From assembly GCA_023415815.1 (NCBI GenBank), contig JAEZJL010000331.1, positions 1 through 39,255 of the forward strand: a stretch of 39,255 nt of DNA, in the 5' to 3' direction. Origin of the DNA: Bacillota bacterium. Lineage in GTDB: Bacteria; Bacillota; Clostridia; Acetivibrionales; DTU013. The notes below the pieces were generated by a model. The model saw only the letters and a list, made by a program, of their open reading frames with translations. It had not been told where the DNA came from and searched no databases. Below, piece by piece: positions 25,476 through 34,021 of this stretch. How positions within the stretch are numbered: the stretch's first letter is position 1; each line of letters begins with the position of its first letter. Both the position numbers and the translations under genes were made by a program.

Positions 25476-26996
25476 ATGAAGATCGAGGTCGACAGGGAAG
25501 GCGCTGTGCCGGTTTATTTGCAGATCAGCAGCCAGATCAGGGATATGATACTTTCGGGACGCCTGCCGTCCGGCAGCAAGCTTCCGCCTGAAAGGAAGCT
25601 GGCCGATACGCTCGGCGTAAACCGGAGCACGGTCCTGAATGCCTACAGGGAGCTGAAATCCAAAGGCTATGCCGATTCCTGCGTAGGCAGCGGTACGGTG
25701 GTTGCAAACGCGATGTACAGCCCGGATGCCGGCACAGACGGCTTCAAACCGCTGCCGATGCCCTGGGATCAGCTTTTCAGCGAAAGCGTGTCCAGGACCT
25801 CCGATACGACGGTCAAGGATCTGCTCAAGCAGGCTCCCAACAGGGATATGATATTGTTTGCGGCAGGTGTGAGCGCTCAGGGGCTTGACTCTCTTGATGA
25901 GTTGCTCCGGGTTCAGCAGGAGGTCACCAGGGAATACGGGCATCGGGTAGTAAGCCACATGCCTACCGAGGGCTACCATCCCCTGAGAGAGAGCATCTGC
26001 GAGCTGATGGGAATCAGGGGGATAAACGCCAAACCTTCGGAGGTAATGGTGCTGTCGGGCTCACAGCAGGGGATAGACCTGGCCGCCAGGATATTTCTCG
26101 ACCCGGGGGACGTGGTTTTCGTTGAGGAGCCTACCTTTTTCAGCGCCTTCCAGATATTCCGGACGGCAGGGGCAAGGGTGATCGGGGTGCCGACCGACGG
26201 CGACGGGATGAGGACCGATCTGCTGGCGTCGATGATTGAAAGATTCAAGCCCAAGCTTATCTACACCATACCGGACTTCCAGAATCCCTCGGGCACGGTC
26301 ATGAGCCTGGAGAGACGGAGGCAGCTGCTCTCCCTGGCCTACAGGCATCAGGTGGCGATCCTGGAGGACGACCCGTACGGCCGGCTGAGGTATGAGGGCG
26401 AAGACATACCGCCTCTTAAGACGCTGGACGCACACGGTTATGTAATATATCTGAGCACATTTTCAAAGCTGCTTTTCCCCGGCTTTCGCGTGGGCTGGCT
26501 CGCGGCTCCGGCCGCGGTGCTGGACCGCTTCACTCTGCTGAAGCAGAACGCGGACCTTCACACCTGCAGCCTGACGCAGCTCGTCTTCAACAGGTTTATA
26601 CGCGAGGGACTCCTGGAGGGGCAGATCCGGCGTGTAGCAAGCGAAAACGCCCTGCGGAGGGATATAATGCTTGACGAGCTTGAGAAGACCGCGGTCAGGG
26701 GGATGCGCTGGGCAAGGCCCGAGGGCGGCCTCTATCTGTGGTGCGGGCTTCCGGAGGGGATATCGCAGCCAAAGCTGCTTGCAAAAGCCTCGGAATACGG
26801 AGTAGCTTTTGTCCCGGGCAGCGTTTTTTACCCGAACAGGCCGGCAGGCAGCTATATAAGGCTGAATTACACCTATCCCTCGCCCGAGCTTATAAAGGAG
26901 GGCGTGAGGCGTCTGACAAAAGCCGTGAGGCACGTTTCGTCGGAAAACAGGAGTGGAACGGATGAAACCGATCTGGACCTCCGGTCGCTGGTTTGA
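25476..26996 (+). CDS. MocR-family regulator (GntR wHTH fused to a fold-type I aminotransferase-like domain)
   Basis: N-terminus VPVYLQISSQIRDMILSGRLPSGSKLPPERKLADTLGVNRSTV (GntR wHTH). C-terminal PLP-fold motifs IPDFQNPSG and STFSKLLFPGFRVGW (Lys). GGAGGG RBS supports ATG 25476 rather than 25446. Confidence 0.85.
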   Translation: MKIEVDREGAVPVYLQISSQIRDMILSGRLPSGSKLPPERKLADTLGVNRSTVLNAYRELKSKGYADSCVGSGTVVANAMYSPDAGTDGFKPLPMPWDQLFSESVSRTSDTTVKDLLKQAPNRDMILFAAGVSAQGLDSLDELLRVQQEVTREYGHRVVSHMPTEGYHPLRESICELMGIRGINAKPSEVMVLSGSQQGIDLAARIFLDPGDVVFVEEPTFFSAFQIFRTAGARVIGVPTDGDGMRTDLLASMIERFKPKLIYTIPDFQNPSGTVMSLERRRQLLSLAYRHQVAILEDDPYGRLRYEGEDIPPLKTLDAHGYVIYLSTFSKLLFPGFRVGWLAAPAAVLDRFTLLKQNADLHTCSLTQLVFNRFIREGLLEGQIRRVASENALRRDIMLDELEKTAVRGMRWARPEGGLYLWCGLPEGISQPKLLAKASEYGVAFVPGSVFYPNRPAGSYIRLNYTYPSPELIKEGVRRLTKAVRHVSSENRSGTDETDLDLRSLV

Positions 26997-27146
26997 ATAA
27001 GCCAGACACAGGACAGGATTTGATATTAAGATGCAATGAACGGAAGAAACATGTCCATGCACATGTTCTAAAGAGGTACCGTCTGCTTGAAGGGGAGGGT
27101 GCCGTTTATATATCCAAACAATTTTAAATGAAAGAGGCGGAATATA

Positions 27147-28340
27147 ATGAGCGTGAAATTTGCCGACAGGATGCAATTCATGAAGGCTTCCGAAATACGG
27201 GAGCTGCTGAAGGTCACCGAGCAGCCCGAGATGATCTCGTTCGCGGGAGGCCTCCCGGCGCCGGAACTTTTTCCGGTGGAGGCCCTAAAGGACATTACGG
27301 TCAGAGTTCTTGCCGAGTCCGGCATGCAGGCGCTGCAATATGCGACAACCGAAGGCTTTACGCCTCTCAGGGAAAAAATCGCGTCCAGGATGAACATTAA
27401 ATACCAAACACGTCTGTCGCACGACAATATCCTCATTACCAGCGGCTCGCAGCAGGGCCTGGACCTCACGGGCAAGGTCTTTCTGAATGAAGGGGACGCC
27501 GTCCTGTGCGAGAGCCCCACCTATCTCGGGGCCATAAACGCTTTTGCAGCATACAGGCCCAGAATGCTTGAGGTCCCGACCGACGACGAGGGCATGCTCA
27601 CGGACGAACTGGAAAAAATCCTCGACTCCGTCGAAAATATAAGGCTCATATACGTCATACCCGACTTCCAGAATCCGAGCGGCAGGTCCTGGTCGCTTGA
27701 ACGGCGCAGGAGGTTTATGGAGATCGTCGGCAGCCGGGGAATACCCGTTCTTGAGGATGCCCCATACAGCGAGCTGCGCTTTGAGGGCGAGCTGCTGCCC
27801 CCGTTGAAAGCCTTCGACACTAATGGGCTCGTGATCTATCTCGGCACCTTTTCCAAGGTGTTCTGCCCCGGGATGCGCATAGGATGGGTGGCCGCAGACA
27901 GGGATATCCATGAAAAATACATCCTTGTCAAGCAGGGAGCGGACCTCCATTCGTCAGGACTTGTACAGCGCAACATTTCCATGTATATGGACCTGCACGA
28001 TCTGGACGAGGATATTGAAAGGCTGAAGGAGGTCTACAGGAGCAGGAGGGACGTCATGCTTGCAGCTATGAAGGCGGAGTTCCCCGAAGGAGTCAGGTAC
28101 ACATTTCCGGGCGGAGGGCTTTTTACCTGGGCCGTGCTGCCGGAATGCATCGACGCCTACGAATTGCTCGAGGAGTGCCTGAAAAGCAATGTCGCCTTCG
28201 TGCCCGGAGGCTCGTTCTTCCCGAACGGCGGCGGAAGGAACACCATGAGGCTGAATTTTTCAAACATGCCCGAGGACCGCATCGAAGAAGGCATAAGAAG
28301 GCTGGGACGGATGCTCAGGGCCCGCCTGGACCTCAATTAA
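27147..28340 (+). CDS. PLP-dependent aminotransferase, class I/II (2-aminoadipate/aromatic aminotransferase-like)
   Basis: 397 aa. IPDFQNPSGRSWSLERRR and GTFSKVFCPGMRIGW (PLP lysine) motifs. Clearly paralogous to the MocR C-terminal domain. Confidence 0.85.
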   Translation: MSVKFADRMQFMKASEIRELLKVTEQPEMISFAGGLPAPELFPVEALKDITVRVLAESGMQALQYATTEGFTPLREKIASRMNIKYQTRLSHDNILITSGSQQGLDLTGKVFLNEGDAVLCESPTYLGAINAFAAYRPRMLEVPTDDEGMLTDELEKILDSVENIRLIYVIPDFQNPSGRSWSLERRRRFMEIVGSRGIPVLEDAPYSELRFEGELLPPLKAFDTNGLVIYLGTFSKVFCPGMRIGWVAADRDIHEKYILVKQGADLHSSGLVQRNISMYMDLHDLDEDIERLKEVYRSRRDVMLAAMKAEFPEGVRYTFPGGGLFTWAVLPECIDAYELLEECLKSNVAFVPGGSFFPNGGGRNTMRLNFSNMPEDRIEEGIRRLGRMLRARLDLN

Positions 28341-28561
28341 GGCCGCTGACTGAGGAAGGCAATGCCCGGTAAATACACCCTTGCCGTTATATACTGCAAC
28401 AAGGGCGTTACCGGAAATGAGGGTGCAAAGCGATGAATTTACAAAAGTATATCATTTCTCGCGCGGATATAAGCACTATAGCAAATTGCATAGTAAAAAA
28501 GATATCCAAAAGAATACGTGCACCGGTATGACCTCACGACCCGTCGCAATGGGCCCAAGCG

Positions 28562-29506
28562 TTACGGCGTAATTCCCGTTTTAACCAGTATGTTCTCCCT
28601 GTAGACTGAAAGCAGCTCCGTGATTACGGCTTCGTCCGTTATCCTCGGTATATAAGGGCTGCCCGCTGCGCAATAGCCCGCCGGAATCCCATGTATGCGC
28701 TCCAATATCATCTTGATGGCGGGCAGCGAGCCTATGTGCTTCGGACCGTACGCCTCCGAGAAGTTATTGGCGCGGTACTGGAGCTCGCGCGCCTCCCTGT
28801 ATTTCCCCTGTTCCATCAGCTTCTGAATCTGTTTGTAATGGTAGCAGGTTATTGCCTGCAGGCTCCCGATATTTCCGTCCGCACCCATCAGCATCGAGCA
28901 GACGGCCAGCTCGTCCGCGCCTGTGAGGATATTCAGGCCGGGGGCGTGCTTCTTGAAGCGTTCGAGCGTAAAAAAATCGTTGTCGGTAAATTTTATTCCC
29001 TTAAAGGTAGGGACGGCTTTCATCGCCTCCAGCATTTGAGTGACGCCGACCTTCTCTCCGCCGGAGGTAAACGGATTCGCCGAAACCCAGTAAATATAAA
29101 AGGGGACGTGCGGCGCCGCTTCGGATATCTGTCTGAAATATTTCACATTCGCTTCCAGCGAGACTCCCGGAAGGCCTACCGAGGCTACGGCATATGCGCC
29201 GTGCTCTGCGGCGTGGCGGGCAAGCCCGACCGAGTCGTCCGGGTTTTTGTTATAGCCTACATGTACGAAGACGGGCAGTCTCTCCTTGCTTGCCCTTAAA
29301 ACTGCTTCGGCCCACAGCATGCGCCTTTCCACCGTAAGCGACATCCCTTCGCCCGTCCAGCCCAGCATATACAGCCCGTCCGCTTCCTCTTTCACATAAT
29401 AATCGATCAGCGGCTCCGCAAGATCGGTGAGTATATCGCCTCTTTCGTCCATGGGCGTAATCAGGGCGGGTACGGTACCGGTAATTGCTTTATACACCTG
29501 CATCAC
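28562..29506 (-). CDS. DHDPS / N-acetylneuraminate lyase family class I aldolase
   Basis: 314 aa. GWTGEG motif region. Schiff-base lysine context FKGIKFTDNDFFTLERFKKHAP, which resembles my memory of NanA-type GVKFT...LER sequences. Substrate not assignable. Confidence 0.75.
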   Translation of the reverse strand: MMQVYKAITGTVPALITPMDERGDILTDLAEPLIDYYVKEEADGLYMLGWTGEGMSLTVERRMLWAEAVLRASKERLPVFVHVGYNKNPDDSVGLARHAAEHGAYAVASVGLPGVSLEANVKYFRQISEAAPHVPFYIYWVSANPFTSGGEKVGVTQMLEAMKAVPTFKGIKFTDNDFFTLERFKKHAPGLNILTGADELAVCSMLMGADGNIGSLQAITCYHYKQIQKLMEQGKYREARELQYRANNFSEAYGPKHIGSLPAIKMILERIHGIPAGYCAAGSPYIPRITDEAVITELLSVYRENILVKTGITP

Positions 29507-29814
29507 TCCTATTTCTCATAATGCCTTTATTGTATGAATAGAAGCGCACTCCTGTAAACATCCAGTTCTTTGGATCAAGGTGCCTGTTTTCCGTGCAAAA
29601 GGCAAAAGGGGCCGATACGTCTGAGACATTTATCATCCGCAGGGCAAACAGACACCTGAATCTTAAAATCTGGGTATTTACGCGCAGCTTTAACGGAAAG
29701 TACAATTAAAAGCGGGAAATGTGAATGCGTCCGGCAAACCGGCGTCATATTTCTCCGGCCGGCGAATGAAGCTTCAAAAAATGCTCCGAAACAACTTAAT
29801 AATAACAAGGAGGT

Positions 29815-31155
29815 ATGAAAATGGCAAAGAAAAGACTGTTCCTCTGTATGCTGACCTGCATCGTCGCAATCTCCATGCTCACATCCTGCTCGGGAAACGC
29901 GCAGCAATCCGGCGCATCCGTACCCTCCTCCTCGGTTCAGGCGCCCGCCTCAGCGGCTCCGGCGGAGAATACCTCAGGCCCAAAGGTAAAGCTGCTTCTC
30001 TATCATTATATGGGCGAAATGGCGGATTATCTGAACGGCTTTTGTGAAAAGTTCAACGCAGAGCATCCCGACATCGAGCTCGGGACGGAGCTGCAGAAGG
30101 ATTCCTCCACCCTGCAGATCAAATACGCAGCCGGCGAAGATCCGGATATTGTGTTCGGCGCCGCATCGCAGAAATACATAGACCTGGGCAAATACCTGGA
30201 CTATACGCCGCATAGCGACTGGCTGGACAGGGTGGACCCGGTGATGAAGCAGCTTTTTACCGATGTCAAGACCGGAGGCATCTATAAGCTTCCGATGGGA
30301 AGGGGCTGCACGGGGGTCTTTTACAACAAGAAGATCTATGACGAGCTCGGGCTGAAGCCCGCGCTTACCTGGGAAGAAATGCTGGACAACCTGAGGGCCA
30401 TAAAGAAGGGAAAACCGGACATAACTCCTTTTTACATCGTATCCGGGGATTACTTCAACATGACGCTGTATGTCCCTTACGGGCATAAAACCATGGACCT
30501 GGGCATTGTTGCTATGAAGAAGGCGGTGTCGGCAAACGATAAGGCGGCATTGGACTGGGCCAAAGCAGGGGGCTATATGGAAGCCTTCGCACAGAACCTG
30601 CTGGACATGAAGGCCGAGGGGCTCATTGACAGCGAGCTTGCCCTGACCTCCACCCAGGAAATGCTCTCCGAGGCCTTTGCAACCGGCAAGACCGCCACGA
30701 CCATCACCGGCACCTTCTGGAGCGGCCCGCTGCTCAGGCAGTTCCCGGACGTGGCGGAATTCATCGGCGTCGCCCCGCTTCCGTCCCTGGACGGCAGAGG
30801 CGGATACATCGGCTCAAGCTCCGACAGCGCGGTATCCATGTCGGCCGTCAGCAAGCACAGGGATGAGATATTTGCCGTCGTCGATTACCTTTTCAAGGTT
30901 GAGAATCTGAAGAACTACTGCTCGGCAAGGCGTGTAGCCTGCTCCTTCAAGGACGTCCAGATAACCGACTGGAGCCCGATCGCTGGACAGATACAGGATC
31001 TCTGGAGCAAATACCCCAACCTTGCCGCGCCGGACATCCCCACGGGCTTCCCTACCTCCGAGTGGTCGAAGCTGGGGCAGGAGCTGATCGTAGGCTCTTA
31101 TACGGCAAAGGATTATGCCGGAAAATTCAATGAAAAATGGAACGCCGCCTATTAG
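29815..31155 (+). CDS. CUT1-family ABC transporter solute-binding lipoprotein
   Basis: 446 aa. Lipobox LTSCSG plus a Ser/Ala/Pro linker. AGGAGG spacing favours the second ATG at 29821. Confidence 0.85.
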   Translation: MKMAKKRLFLCMLTCIVAISMLTSCSGNAQQSGASVPSSSVQAPASAAPAENTSGPKVKLLLYHYMGEMADYLNGFCEKFNAEHPDIELGTELQKDSSTLQIKYAAGEDPDIVFGAASQKYIDLGKYLDYTPHSDWLDRVDPVMKQLFTDVKTGGIYKLPMGRGCTGVFYNKKIYDELGLKPALTWEEMLDNLRAIKKGKPDITPFYIVSGDYFNMTLYVPYGHKTMDLGIVAMKKAVSANDKAALDWAKAGGYMEAFAQNLLDMKAEGLIDSELALTSTQEMLSEAFATGKTATTITGTFWSGPLLRQFPDVAEFIGVAPLPSLDGRGGYIGSSSDSAVSMSAVSKHRDEIFAVVDYLFKVENLKNYCSARRVACSFKDVQITDWSPIAGQIQDLWSKYPNLAAPDIPTGFPTSEWSKLGQELIVGSYTAKDYAGKFNEKWNAAY

Positions 31156-31210
31156 AAGCTTGAGCAGCCGGGACTGCGGCTGTAAAGGCGCTGAGCGGTA
31201 AACCTGAGCG

Positions 31211-31240
31211 TTTGGGGCATGGAGCGGTCCATGCCCCAAA
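31211..31240 (+). other. Perfect 12-bp intercistronic stem-loop after the binding-protein gene
   Basis: TTTGGGGCATGG (31211-31222), loop AGCGGT, CCATGCCCCAAA (31229-31240). No U-tract follows. Confidence 0.6.
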
Positions 31241-31260
31241 TAATAAAATGGGGATATGAT

Positions 31261-32145
31261 ATGGACAGTATATACAATAAAATCGGCAGGAATCTGTACA
31301 GAGGCATGGCGCTTCCTGCAATCCTCCTGTTTTCCTTTTTCTTCATCCTTCCGCTTGGACAGGGGATAGGCATCAGCCTCACCGACTGGGACGGCTTCGG
31401 CGAGCCGAAGTACATCGGCGTAAGCAACTTCGTCACCTTTTTCGCGGATTCGCGCGCCATAGGCGCCCTGCTGCACACGCTGCATTACGGCCTGGTGACG
31501 CCCGTCATACTCAACGTCGCCGGACTGGTCTGCGCGCTCCTGCTGGATAAGCCGCTTTTCGGCAAGAATGCGGCCCGCGTCCTCGTCTACCTTCCGGGAG
31601 TTATCAGCTCCCTTGCCATCGGCTACATATGGCGGATCGTGCTGATGCGCGACGGCGGGGCGCTGCATGACATAATGACCTTCATGGGTCTTGGGGAGTA
31701 TTTCAAGGTATGGCTCAGTATGCCCGACCAGGCGATGTGGATGATCATCGCCGTCAACGTGTGGCAGCATACGGGCGGCGCAATGATCATCTATCTGGCA
31801 GGGATGCAGACCATTCCCGTGGAGCTTTTCGAGGTGAGCCGGATCGACGGCGCCAATTACTGGCAGAGCCTGAAAAACATCACCATGCCGCTGCTTATCC
31901 CGGCAATCAAGATCAACATCATATTAAACCTGATCGGTTCTCTGGCGGTGCACGACAGCGTCGTCGCCCTGACGGACGGGGGGCCCGGATACCATACCGA
32001 AACGCTGGCGGTCTATATTTACAACATGGCCTTCGGGACAAAGACCGGGTATGCAACGGCGGTGGCGCTTATCATGTTTGTGATCATCGCCATACCGACA
32101 ATGGCGACATACAGGTATCTGTCCTCTAAAAATGTGGAAATGTAG
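31261..32145 (+). CDS. Sugar ABC transporter permease (MalF/UgpA-like)
   Basis: The ORF-track start 31219 lies inside the stem-loop, so ATG 31261 (MDSIYNK...) is preferred. EAA-type loop FEVSRIDGANYWQSLKNITMP. Confidence 0.85.
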   Translation: MDSIYNKIGRNLYRGMALPAILLFSFFFILPLGQGIGISLTDWDGFGEPKYIGVSNFVTFFADSRAIGALLHTLHYGLVTPVILNVAGLVCALLLDKPLFGKNAARVLVYLPGVISSLAIGYIWRIVLMRDGGALHDIMTFMGLGEYFKVWLSMPDQAMWMIIAVNVWQHTGGAMIIYLAGMQTIPVELFEVSRIDGANYWQSLKNITMPLLIPAIKINIILNLIGSLAVHDSVVALTDGGPGYHTETLAVYIYNMAFGTKTGYATAVALIMFVIIAIPTMATYRYLSSKNVEM

Positions 32146-32991
32146 GTGGCGCACATGGGCAAACTAAAAATAAAGGAAATAGGACCGAAGCTTTTCAACT
32201 ATCTGGCGATGCTGCTGCTGTGCGTCATCGTGATCATCCCGTTTTACGTTTTGCTGTTCGTCGCGCTCAACCATCCCTCAAGGCCGCTCTCCATGGGAGT
32301 TTTCACCATGCCGGAGATTGCCTTCGACAACATAACCGAGGCCTGGAACAGGTCGAATATGTACCGGGCCATGCTGAACTCGATGTATATCACGGTAGTG
32401 GCAAGCACAATCGTGGTGGTGCTGGGAGCGTCGGCCGGATACGTGTTCGCGCGCTTTCCGAACAGGTTCAACAGATTTTGGTTCAACCTTTTCCTGATGT
32501 GCATGATGATACCCGGCATTATCAACACCGTGCCGCTGTATTCGGTCATGCAGAGGATCAACGGGAACAATAACCTGTTTATGGTGGCGGTGCTGCTGAG
32601 CACGCTCCGGCTTCCCTTCTGCATCTTTTTATACACGTCCTTCATAGAGTCGTCGGGACGGGAAGTAGAGGAAGCCGCGGTTATAGACGGCTGCAACCCC
32701 TTCACCGCCTTTTGGAGGATAACCATCCACATCCTGAAGCCCGTTACGGCAACGGTGATCATTACAAGCTCGGTGGGCTTCTGGAACAACTACAGCCAGG
32801 CTGTCTTCTTTCTTACAAAAAGCGAACGCCAGACGATCCCCCTTGCCATGCGCTACTTCTTCAGCGAGTTCAGCGCCGAGTGGAATCTGGTGGCCGCAGC
32901 CGCCATGATAGGGATCATCCCGGTAGTCGTCATGTTCCTGCTGCTGCAGAAGTATTTCATTAAAGGCCTTGCGGCCGGAGCGATAAAGTAG
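32146..32991 (+). CDS. Sugar ABC transporter permease (MalG/UgpE-like)
   Basis: 281 aa. EAA-type loop VEEAAVIDGCNPFTAFWRITIH. ATG 32155 is an alternative start to GTG 32146. Confidence 0.85.
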   Translation: MAHMGKLKIKEIGPKLFNYLAMLLLCVIVIIPFYVLLFVALNHPSRPLSMGVFTMPEIAFDNITEAWNRSNMYRAMLNSMYITVVASTIVVVLGASAGYVFARFPNRFNRFWFNLFLMCMMIPGIINTVPLYSVMQRINGNNNLFMVAVLLSTLRLPFCIFLYTSFIESSGREVEEAAVIDGCNPFTAFWRITIHILKPVTATVIITSSVGFWNNYSQAVFFLTKSERQTIPLAMRYFFSEFSAEWNLVAAAAMIGIIPVVVMFLLLQKYFIKGLAAGAIK

Positions 32992-33026
32992 GGGCAGCCA
33001 ATATAAAATGAAATGGAGCGATAGCT

Positions 33027-33830
33027 ATGGATAACAACAACGGGTATTTCGGACAGGCAGATAAACGCCGCCATAAAAATCTCAAGGAAATGGTCGACAG
33101 GGGCATAATTCCGGTGGGCGTGGGCATAAGCATACCCTCTCCGGTCATTGCGGAGTACGCGGCTCTGGCGGGATACGATTTCGTATCGCTGGATCTGGAG
33201 CATGGGCTATATAATATGGAAACGGTCTGCAACATCATACGCACCGCAGACTCCTGCGGCCTTGCGACCACTGCGCGTGTGGCCGACAAAAAACTGATAC
33301 TCCCGCTTCTGGATTTCGGCCTGGTAGGCGTGGCGGTCCCGCATGTGCGCTCCGCGGCACAGGCAAGAGAGCTCGTGGAGATAACCAAGTACAAGCCGGT
33401 GGGACGCAGGGGCTTCAATTCCTCCGGAAGAGCCCACAGCTATGGGAAAAAGCCTTTCCTGGACTGTGCGGAGGAGGCTGCCGGGGAGATAACGCTTGCA
33501 GTGCAGATTGAGGACCTTGAGGGCCTTAAAAATGTCGAGGAGATCCTGGCGGTACCCGGCATCGACTATCTGCAGCTCGGCCCGGGGGACCTGTCGGCGG
33601 ACCTGGGGCATCCCGGAAACGATAAGCACCCGGACGTGCTTGCGGCTCATAAAAAAATCCTTAAAACGGCTGATAAATACGGAGTGAAATACTTCGGGAA
33701 CGGAGCCCCGATCTCGATCGTAGAGGACAAATCCTTCCTGATCCGGGCGTTTACCCAGGCCAGGGAGGGGATACACGAAAGGGCAAAGGCCATGTTCGAG
33801 GCGGATATGATGCTGATAGCAAACGCATAA
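33027..33830 (+). CDS. HpcH/HpaI family class II (metal-dependent) 2-keto-3-deoxy / 4-hydroxy-2-oxo acid aldolase
   Basis: 267 aa. AGYDFVSLDLEHG, PHVRSAAQA, VQIEDLEGLKNVEEILAVPGID and LGPGDLSADLG motifs are typical of this family. Confidence 0.75.
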   Translation: MDNNNGYFGQADKRRHKNLKEMVDRGIIPVGVGISIPSPVIAEYAALAGYDFVSLDLEHGLYNMETVCNIIRTADSCGLATTARVADKKLILPLLDFGLVGVAVPHVRSAAQARELVEITKYKPVGRRGFNSSGRAHSYGKKPFLDCAEEAAGEITLAVQIEDLEGLKNVEEILAVPGIDYLQLGPGDLSADLGHPGNDKHPDVLAAHKKILKTADKYGVKYFGNGAPISIVEDKSFLIRAFTQAREGIHERAKAMFEADMMLIANA

Positions 33831-33849
33831 CCGCAATACGGGCGCGGCA

Positions 33850-33872
33850 GGCAGGGCGGTATCCGTCCTGCC
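33850..33872 (+). terminator. GC-rich hairpin after the aldolase gene (possible terminator lacking a U-tract)
   Basis: GGCAGGGCGG (33850-33859) pairs with CCGTCCTGCC (33863-33872) with one G-U pair and a 3-nt loop. Confidence 0.3.
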
Positions 33873-33932
33873 GTCCTTGCGTCCGGGACGGCGCACCCGG
33901 CATTTGCCCTGTCCGGCAATGGAGCGGGGCTT

Positions 33933-33961
33933 TTGAAAGTAGTGCAGGGATAATGTATAAT
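33933..33961 (+). promoter_or_regulatory. Sigma-A-type promoter for the two-component operon
   Basis: TTGAAA (33933-33938), 17-nt spacer, TATAAT (33956-33961). Confidence 0.6.
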
Positions 33962-34021
33962 ATATGCAGGCATGTCCATGAATGTACGGCGGATCCATAG
34001 AAGTTTGTATATCAAGCGGGG

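Noticed and set aside
27048-27067. Inverted repeat AACATGT-CCATGC-ACATGTT upstream of the aminotransferase, which superficially resembles GAAC/GTTC SOS half-sites.
   Set aside because: The spacing is wrong for a Cheo box (10 nt rather than 4 between GAAC-like and GTTC-like parts). It does not match the GAACAnnTGTTTG variant used at the three promoter boxes. It may be a weak hairpin or an unrelated operator.
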